Source: an uncultured Anaerolinea sp. (GTDB lineage Bacteria > Chloroflexota > Anaerolineae > JAAEKA01). From it: a DNA stretch of 64,000 nucleotides. The first letter of the stretch is position 1. Each line of letters starts with the position of its first letter. This document shows positions 49,652-57,400 of this stretch, piece after piece. The notes beneath the pieces were generated by a model that was given only the letters and a program-made list of their open reading frames with translations, had not been told where the DNA came from and made no database searches. The translations under genes and the position numbers were made by a program. The DNA is taken from positions 12,570 to 76,569 of the forward strand of contig CAZVGR010000014.1 of the NCBI GenBank assembly GCA_964626845.1. The letters are read 5' to 3'.

Positions 49652-49855
49652 GAAGCCCTATCCTCCTTGTGATGTCGGTGCCCAAGCGCCTAAACCGGCT
49701 AACGGATCAAGAGATTCATGTGGTGCGCTGGCAGCCAAGAGACAACTCGATTGGCAAAGCCAGCCACCATCATGTACCGTCGTTCAGGGTGCAGAGCGCC
49801 GGTTCTCTTCCTAACATTAGCCGTCCTGTTCGGTTTACGGCTTCGTTCACCGGTG

Positions 49856-50287
49856 TTATTGGTTGGCGACGATTCCGTAGACGTAGATACCATCTTCAGG
49901 CCCGTTCTTGAACCGGTTAGCAACCCGTTGCACGGGCCACATGACCGCTCCGCTGGCCAAGACAACGGCGATGTTCATTTCGGCTTCTGGATCATTGTCG
50001 TCCCCTTGCCACTTCCCGTTGTAAGCACGAATGATGACCTCGCCAACGTATGAGCCGATTGCGAAGATGCGGGAGCCAAGCTGTTCCGCAAGCAGACCCC
50101 CGGGGATGGCTTGTCCGTTTTGCGCATGTTCATCGAAAAACCGATCGATTTCGCGAAGGCTCTCAATCGAAAAATCGGCGTGGTAGCCGGAACTGGAAAG
50201 CGCCTTGGCGATCCACTCTGCCCCTTTTCGGGCGTCATCGATAACCGCCGGCACTTGTGCATGTCGCTTCCGTAACCAGTCAAACAT
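49856..50287 (-). CDS. Hypothetical protein
   Basis: Start ATG 50287 (MFDWLRK); ORF to 50344. No family recognised. Confidence 0.35.
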   Translation of the reverse strand: MFDWLRKRHAQVPAVIDDARKGAEWIAKALSSSGYHADFSIESLREIDRFFDEHAQNGQAIPGGLLAEQLGSRIFAIGSYVGEVIIRAYNGKWQGDDNDPEAEMNIAVVLASGAVMWPVQRVANRFKNGPEDGIYVYGIVANQ

Positions 50288-50539
50288 GCGGGTACCTCTT
50301 ACCAGCGAACGGAATGAGAAATCTACGGGGCATGCTGTCACCAAGCAGGCGCCTCTTCATGCAAAGCCAGTCATCATTAAAGATCGGCGGTTGTTCAGAA
50401 TGAATACCGCCGCACGAAGGCAAGTGTAACATTGCGGGCCAAAAAGGTCAACAGCAATCCCGCCTGGCAAGCGCACAGGACGAGGTGTGATTTCCCAATC
50501 CGCCCGCCATGGGCAATCAGCCATCAACAAGCGCCGGCC

Positions 50540-51050
50540 TCACGGCTCACCTGACTCTTCTTCTGCCTGCAGCCAGGCCAGTGTCTCGGCCTGGGCTTGC
50601 TCAAACGAGACGACCGGTTGATAACCCAGCGCGCGCGCGGCCTTATCGTGCGAGAAGAAGAAGTCAACGCAGGTGGAAGCGACCACATAGCGCGTGAGCG
50701 TTGGGGTCGACGGGCCGATTCCCCGCCGGGCGGCCGTTTCCATCACGATCGCCAGCCAATAGGCCACACGGTAGGGGATGCGCCTCCTCGCCGGCGGGAA
50801 CCCGAACGCGGCCAGGTAAGGTGTGAAGAAATCGAAGAAGTTCCCTGCCGGGTGGTCGCCAATGAAGTACGCCTGCCCGGCGGCTGGGCCAGCCAGCGCC
50901 TCAGCGGCCAGGATGTGGGCATGCACTACGTTGGCCACGTACACAATTGTCAAAGGCGCGAACGCTCACGCCGCGGTTTTTCAGCTCCGAAGCCAGGGCA
51001 GCGCCAAGAAATCCCGCCCCACCTATGACCAGTGCGTTTTGCATCAAGTT
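50540..51050 (-). pseudogene. Disrupted NAD-dependent epimerase/3-beta-hydroxysteroid dehydrogenase gene (N-terminal Rossmann segment fused out of frame to a C-terminal fragment)
   Basis: Minus-strand 'MQNALVIGGAGFLGAALASELKNRGVSVRAFD' at 51046-50951 is in a different frame from the 137-aa C-terminal ORF 50540..50953. About 150 codons of the central domain are missing. Confidence 0.55.
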
Positions 51051-51051
51051 C

Positions 51052-51396
51052 CTATCGATTACCTTTGGCCCGGTTGTGGGTAGTGCAGAGCATCTGGCAG
51101 TTCCTGGCTGTACTTTCGCCGCCTTTGCTCCATGCCGAGACGTGGTCGGCGTCCATTTCGTTGAACTTGTAGATTCTGCTCTTGTTCGCGGTGTCCCCGA
51201 CCGCGCAGAGCGGGCAGTTGGACTTGCCCTTGCCCTGGGCTGCTTGCGTCTGCTGAGTGTAGGCGACTTGCTTTACCTTGTCATCGAATACCCGAACTGC
51301 CAATAACTTCTTGTTTGCCGACGCGGCGTGCAGGCCTTGGTTCAACGACTTGCTTTCCATGGCGTGATTGGCTTCCTTGGGTTTCTTTGATGGCAT
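51052..51396 (-). CDS. HNH endonuclease
   Basis: Motif 'CPLC...DHV.AWSKGG...NCQMLCTTHNRAKGN'. Confidence 0.75.
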   Translation of the reverse strand: MPSKKPKEANHAMESKSLNQGLHAASANKKLLAVRVFDDKVKQVAYTQQTQAAQGKGKSNCPLCAVGDTANKSRIYKFNEMDADHVSAWSKGGESTARNCQMLCTTHNRAKGNR

Positions 51397-51537
51397 TTCG
51401 GGCTAATGTTCCGCTTCAGCCGCGGCGCGCAGCGCCGTCCACTGCATGCTGTTGTTAGCCGGCCTTCCGAGGCCTGTAGTTGCTTTCCTAGTCTCTCCGG
51501 TCATTTGTTCCCATTTCAGAGCGTTGAGCGCGTAGCG

Positions 51538-52590
51538 TCAGTCAGAAACATCATCGGGCATGTCTTCTTGATCGGCATCGACAAGCTCGTCGGTACGCTC
51601 AATTCGGAGCTTATCGTTGCCAACCTCAAACTCGACGTGCCCCCCGTCGGCCATCCGCACCGTCATCGGCGGCAAAGGGTCGGACGCGTCATTCAGTAGC
51701 GCCGCAAGCGGTTCTCGGACGTATCGTTCCAGAAACACGCTCATCACAGGTCCGGCCTTGGACTCAAGGTGCTGCCAAGCTGAGTCGCCAACGAACGCAT
51801 GCCCGCCCACGTCGTGGAACGCCTTAACCAAATCTGTAAGCTTAGGGTTGGGGGTTGGATCAAGTACAACAAGCACGGGAGTGAACCCCGACCCAACACA
51901 GTCAATTGGGAACTGAAGCTCTTCCCCCCACCGGCCTTGGCCCGATGCTGCGATTGTCACACGAATCTTGAATTCGTAAGCCAACTTCTGCTTCACGCAA
52001 TCGACCTGGCGGCCCTTCCCTCGGTCGCCCTGCCGTTTCACGGGGCTTCTCTTCGCACTTACCGGCGTGCCGCCGATGGCATTTGCGAGAATCGGCTCGA
52101 ACAGGTATCCAGTCTCCTGAGCCGCGCGATTGTCCAAGTCGTAAAGCCACTTGCGCCAGTACAGCATTCCGGCGAGTGCCGGGGATGGCAGGCTACCGAA
52201 CTGAAGCAATCCGCGCGGACCCACCTGGTCGAAGGTTGGGAAGGCTTGTCGCTGCAGGATTTGTTCGTACTTTAGGCGGCTCTTGTGCAGTGTTGCGAGG
52301 CAGGAGAAGTACGTGTCTGAGTCCGGCTTGAGGGAGAACAACTTTGCTGCCAAGTCCTCAAATGGAATCCTCGCCAACGTGAGAGAGGAAACCGGCCAAG
52401 TTTCGAAGAACGGCGGCAGGTCTTGAGGTACCTCGGGGACTTGCGAGATGAGATTAAGGTCTTTGACTACGACGCCGCAGAGATAGGCGCAGACCTCTTC
52501 AGAAAGAGGCACTGCCATCTCGCTGTTGCCAACGTTGCGTGCCTTTTCAATAAGCGTCTTCTGAGATAGTGTGAGTTCGTAGTTTGTCAT
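51538..52590 (-). CDS. Putative type II restriction endonuclease (partner of the adjacent C5-methyltransferase)
   Basis: 350 aa, no family recognised. Start codon overlaps the methyltransferase stop. Low-GC island. Confidence 0.45.
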   Translation of the reverse strand: MTNYELTLSQKTLIEKARNVGNSEMAVPLSEEVCAYLCGVVVKDLNLISQVPEVPQDLPPFFETWPVSSLTLARIPFEDLAAKLFSLKPDSDTYFSCLATLHKSRLKYEQILQRQAFPTFDQVGPRGLLQFGSLPSPALAGMLYWRKWLYDLDNRAAQETGYLFEPILANAIGGTPVSAKRSPVKRQGDRGKGRQVDCVKQKLAYEFKIRVTIAASGQGRWGEELQFPIDCVGSGFTPVLVVLDPTPNPKLTDLVKAFHDVGGHAFVGDSAWQHLESKAGPVMSVFLERYVREPLAALLNDASDPLPPMTVRMADGGHVEFEVGNDKLRIERTDELVDADQEDMPDDVSD

Positions 52591-53843
52591 TAGTCCCGTC
52601 CTACTTGCGCGGTCTCGGTGTCCGCGAACAGCGTGAGCTGTTGGGACCGAATGATGGCGCGGTAGCTGCTCTCGACCGCATCGACGGTCTTCTGAAGCGC
52701 TGGGCTCATGCCGTTTGAGTTCGTGGGCACAAAACTCTTAAGCCCTGCGTCCGATCTCCGATCTGTAATCTCGCGGAAGGCATGTGCAAGATGAGCGGCA
52801 ATTGCATTTGCAAAACGAGGCGGTACGGCATTGCCAATAAGCAGGGCTCGCTGCGCCTGAGTACCAGCAAATTCAAAGTCATCGGGAAACGTCTGGAGTC
52901 GCGCACACTCCCGAAGTGTCAGATTGCGATGTGCAGTCGGATGTACGAACTCGGAAGTGGCCCCGCTGGTGATCGCCTTTGACGGCAGGTCCGGATCTAG
53001 TCGCCGTAGTCCTGAAGGTGCGCCCCCCCTGCGTTCTGTTGGGGTCCCATCCATCACCCTCCTGAAGGCGCGGCGGCGGTAGGTTTCGTGCCAGAGTTCC
53101 TCTGGAATGTCCTTCATGGTCTTGCCGATGCCGAGTGCCTCGAAACGAAGACGGTCCATCTCATTCGGCGGACGAGAGAAATGATCGGTAACGACCGCGC
53201 TTTCTGGATCGCATGCTGCATTTGGAAGGCCATCGAGAGCCTTGGCGACGCTGTCGCACAATGGAAGCTTACCCGCCACGAGATCTGCCCCTGGCGCGCC
53301 TGTGGCGCAGTGGGTCGGCTCCGGAAACCCGGGGTCCCATCCTAAACCTGCAATTGCCAACACCCGTTTGCGATGTTGTGGAACCCCGTAGTTAGCGGCG
53401 TTCACTTTGCGAAGGTGAATGCAGTAGCCAGCACTTACAAGAGGATCGAGCAGATCGGTAACCCAACGGCCTCCCTCACCAGTCAGGAAGCCTTCCACGT
53501 TTTCAAAAACAAACGCTTTTGGGCGATGTCTTGCCACGAGGTGAGCGAAGACCGCCACCAGCGTGTTGCGGGCATCACCAGGCTTCCGCAGGCCTGCTGA
53601 CGAGAACCCCTGACAGGGAGGACCACCGATGATGATGTCGCATGGGGGCAGCACCGTGTCCCAGTTGAGCTTCACATTTTCTACATGGTCCCCGATGTTC
53701 CTCCGGTACGTTTCTACCGCAGGCAAGAACGCATCGGCAGCCCAGACGATACTGAAGCCCTGAGCACGAAATCCTAACCCCAGCCCGCCTGCACCGCAGA
53801 AGAGGTCAGCGACTGTGATTGCTGGCCGCATTTCGAAATCCAA
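52590..53843 (-). CDS. DNA (cytosine-5)-methyltransferase
   Basis: Motifs I FCGAGG, IV GGPPCQGFS, VI ENV, VIII QHRKRV, IX/X RLQTFPDDF and GNAVPP. TTG start after a GGAG SD. Confidence 0.85.
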   Translation of the reverse strand: MDFEMRPAITVADLFCGAGGLGLGFRAQGFSIVWAADAFLPAVETYRRNIGDHVENVKLNWDTVLPPCDIIIGGPPCQGFSSAGLRKPGDARNTLVAVFAHLVARHRPKAFVFENVEGFLTGEGGRWVTDLLDPLVSAGYCIHLRKVNAANYGVPQHRKRVLAIAGLGWDPGFPEPTHCATGAPGADLVAGKLPLCDSVAKALDGLPNAACDPESAVVTDHFSRPPNEMDRLRFEALGIGKTMKDIPEELWHETYRRRAFRRVMDGTPTERRGGAPSGLRRLDPDLPSKAITSGATSEFVHPTAHRNLTLRECARLQTFPDDFEFAGTQAQRALLIGNAVPPRFANAIAAHLAHAFREITDRRSDAGLKSFVPTNSNGMSPALQKTVDAVESSYRAIIRSQQLTLFADTETAQVGRD

Positions 53844-53902
53844 CTTTTACTCCATCACGCTAAGTTAGGCAGAAACGCCATCTCAGTTGAGTTCCGGCTA
53901 CC

Positions 53903-54207
53903 GTAACTGCTCAGCCGGCCGGTCAGAAACCGGGTTTTTCTCGTTGGGCAATGATTTCTGAGTTTGCAAACGCATTGCTCGGGGCTATGATAGCCGCTTC
54001 CGCAGCAAAAACCCGGTTTCTCTAAGGAGCTGTTTAAAAAGCCCGGCAGCGTCGGAATCAGAGGTTGAAACCATCTGGCTGAAAGTACGAAGCGGCCTCA
54101 GCCGCTGGATTCCAGGCCCTGAGGGGCCTTCGTGCTGTCAGCCGGTGGGTTTCCAACCACCGATCCGGGGCTTTTCAAACAGCCTCTAAGCCCAGCCTGA
54201 GCAGTAA
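53903..54207. mobile_element. Left copy of a ~140-bp MITE (TIR TAACTGCTCAG.../...CTGAGCAGTAA), interrupted by a nested MITE
   Basis: Reverse-complement match (1 mismatch) to 60237-60376, split by the 54026-54183 insertion. Confidence 0.7.
54026..54183. mobile_element. Nested 158-bp MITE with ~16-bp TIRs (GCTGTTTAAAAAGCCC / GGGGCTTTTCAAACAGC) and 7-bp target-site duplication CTCTAAG
   Basis: CTCTAAG at 54019-54025 and 54184-54190. The right MITE copy at 60237-60376 has a single uninterrupted CTCTAAG. Confidence 0.7.
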
Positions 54208-54354
54208 CCAGCTACCTAATAATTCGCGGGAATGCCGGCCGTCATATCCCGCTATTGCTCCATCGCCTACCGCTGACGGCCAGTCCATAGTGGCCGCCAT
54301 TGTACCATTTCACCCGTGGGAGGGCAAAAGGGCGCGTTCCGGGCTGCCCAGGGC

Positions 54355-54390
54355 GCGAGAGATGCCATTTCTGCGGAAGAAATGGCATCT
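54355..54390. repeat. Palindrome GAGATGCCATTTCT-gcggaag-AGAAATGGCATCTC (GAGATGACATTTCT family) just downstream of the LTD gene stop
   Basis: Direct inspection. Confidence 0.8.
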
Positions 54391-54410
54391 CTTCGCGTCA
54401 CGCCACCACC

Positions 54411-57400
54411 CTACCGGATTGACAACCACGCATCCCACAGAGTCGCCAGCGCCGGCGGCCGCACGGTCAGCACCGCACCAGTGAGGGGCAGGAAGACGGG
54501 CGCGCGGTTCCAGGCCGTGTCGTCCTGCACGCCGTTGCTGTAGGCTGTCCCGTTGGCGCGGCCGGCCGCGGCAGCCCGGCCGCGCTGCAAGTCGGCCTCG
54601 CGGCGCGGCAGCAGGCGATAGCCGCTCTCGGTCTGGCTGACCACGCCCACCACCGTCCACACCTCGCCGATGTTGACGTAGGGCCGGCGGATGCCGGTCG
54701 CAGGCCGGATGGTGATGCGCGCCTCGCCGCTGCCGTCGTCCAGATAGAGGGTGGTTTCCTTCCAGAAGCCGGTGATGGGGCCGCTGAGCTGCACCAGCCG
54801 GCCCTCGTTGGCCTCGGCCACCTCGCCCGTGCGGATAGGCAGCGGCGCAGGCGGCGCGGCCGGCTGCATGGTCTTGATGTCGTCGATGCGCACCAGGCTG
54901 ATCTGCCGCTCCTCGTAGAAGGTGCCCAGCCGGCCGTTGACTCGCACCCACTGCCCCTCGCTGAGCGGCGGCCACTGGGCCGAACGCAGGAAGACCCGCA
55001 TGCCGCCCGTGGCATCCTGGATGTAGATCTCCTGGTCGTCAAAGACGTTGGGCAGCGCCGTCACCTGGCCCTCCAGCGTCAGCCGCGTGCCGTCGGGCAG
55101 GCTGCGGGCGTGGGCGATGGTCGCCAGGTCGAAGTTGAAGCGGTCGTAGGGCTGTCCACTGCCCGACCCGCCGCCGCTACTGCTTCCACCGCCGCCGCCC
55201 GATCCGCCGCCGCTGTTGGGGTCGGCCGCGTTGGCCTGGCCTGGCGTTTCGATGCAGTCGCGGGACCACTCGCCCACGCCATCGGGCAGTCGGCACCAGG
55301 ATTGGTCATAGCCGGAGAAGACATTGTAGCTCATGCTGTCGGCCAGACTATTGTCCGGGTAGAGCAAGCGCACCTGTTCGCTGCTGGCGTCCAGCGCCAA
55401 GCCGCTCTGAGCGCGGTAGATCACCAGATAGCCCTGGGCCGGCAGCACAAGACCAGAGGGCAGGATGTAGGTCCGGTCTGGCTCATGGCTGGCTGGCTGG
55501 CCATCAGCCAGCTTCCAACCGGCCAGATCGACTGGCTCCTCGCCCAGATTTGTCAACTCGATCCACTCGTCCAGATAGCTTGGGACGCCGTTGCCGTCCC
55601 AGTCCACGTTCTGCGGCGAGGGCAGCACCTCGTTCAGCCGCACGGTGGTGGCCACCGGCGTCGGCGTCAGTTGCGGCGTCGCGGTGGGCGTCGGCGTGGG
55701 CGTGCCGCCGGGCGTGTTGCTGCCGCCGGGCGTGGGCGGGTAGCTGCGCGTCCACTCTGCGCCGCCGTCCACCGTCTTACTGGCGGCCTGATCGTCGCGG
55801 CTGCTGCTGTACTGGGTCTCCTCCACCACCAGGCCATCGGGCCGCAGCAGCCGCACCCAGTCGCCGTCGTTGTTCAGGGCGATGCCGGTCTGGCTGCGGA
55901 AGAAGAGCAGGAAGCCGCGGGCCGGGATGGTCGCGCCGGGCGGCAGGGTGTAGGGCGCTGAGCCGCCGCTCGCCACGTCGTCCAACTGCCAGCCGCTCAG
56001 ATCGACCGCGAAGTCGTTGGCGTTGTATAGCTCGATGTACTCATCGTCCTGGTTGGCTGCGCCGTCGCCGTTCCAATCGGAGGCGGGGTCGGGCATGTAC
56101 TCGTTCAGGCCGACGCCATCAGGATAGACGCCGGGCGTAGCCGTCAGCGTGGCAGTCGGTGTTGGCGTCGGGGTCGCGGCCTGGTTGGACGCGCCGGGCG
56201 AGGGCGGGTAGGCCATCGTCCACTGGTCGCCGCCGTCCACCGTCTTGCTGTAACTGACGTCGGCCGGCGCGGCCGTGTAGCTGTGGTTCTCCACCTCCAC
56301 GCCGTCGGGCCGCAGCAGCCGCACGCTGTCGCCGCCGCTGTTGTTGAGGGCGATGGCCGTGTCCCGGCTCCACAGGGTTAGGAAGCCTTGCGCCTCGATC
56401 ACCGCGCCGGCCGGCAAGGTGTAGGGCGACGACCCACCGCCCGCCACATCGTCCACCTGCCAACCGCTTAAGTCGACGGCGAAGTCGTTGGCGTTGTAGA
56501 GCTCGATGTACTCGTCGTTGGCGTCGCCCACGATGCCATCGCCGTTCCAGTCGGCCTCGGGGTTGGGCATGAACTCGTTGAGCACAATGCCATCAGGGTA
56601 GACCACGGGCGTACCGGTGGGCGTGGCGGTCGGGGTAGGCGTGGCCGTAGGGGTGTTGGCAGCCTGGTTGGACGCGCCGGGCGAGGGTGGGTAGCTCATC
56701 GTCCATTCGTCGCCGCCATCTGTGGTCTTGCTGTAGCTGACGTCGGCCGGCGCGGCTGTGTAGGGGTGGTTCTCCACCTCCACACCGTCGGGCCGCAGCA
56801 GCCGCACGCTGTCGCCGCCGCTGTTGTTGAGGGCGATGTTCGTGTCGCGGCTCCAGAACACCAGGAAACCTTGCGCCTCGATCACCGCGCCAGCCGGCAA
56901 GGTATAGGGGGACGAGCCGCCGCCGGCGACGTCGTCTACCTGCCAGCCGCTCAGGTCGACGGCAAAATCGTTGGCGTTGTAGAGCTCAATGTACTCGTCG
57001 TTGGCGTCGCCCCGGATGCCGTCTTCGTTCCAGTCAGCCTCGGGATTGGGCATGAACTCGTTGAGCACGATGCCTTCGGGATAGTCTACCGGCAGCGGGG
57101 TTGGCGTGGGCGTCGGCGTGCCGGCCGGCTGGTTGGATGCGCCAGGCGAGGGCGGATAGTCCGTCGTCCACTGGTCGCCGCCGTCCACGGTCTTGCTGTA
57201 GCTCACATCGGCCGGCGCGGCCGTGTAGCTGTGGCTCTCCACCTCCACACCGTCGGGGCGCAGCAAGCGCACGCTGTCGCCGCCGCTGTTGTTGAGAGCG
57301 ATGTTTGTGTCCCGGCTCCAGAACACCAGGAAGCCTTGCGCCTCGATCACCGCGCCAGCAGGCAAGGTATAGGGGGACGAGCCGCCGTTGGCGATGTCAT

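Noticed and set aside
53850-54410. Promoter-inversion (phase-variation) switch for the LTD gene
   Set aside because: The inverted repeats enclose the entire gene plus leader, not just a promoter. Inversion would therefore not obviously toggle expression. The MITE interpretation is better supported by the target-site duplications.
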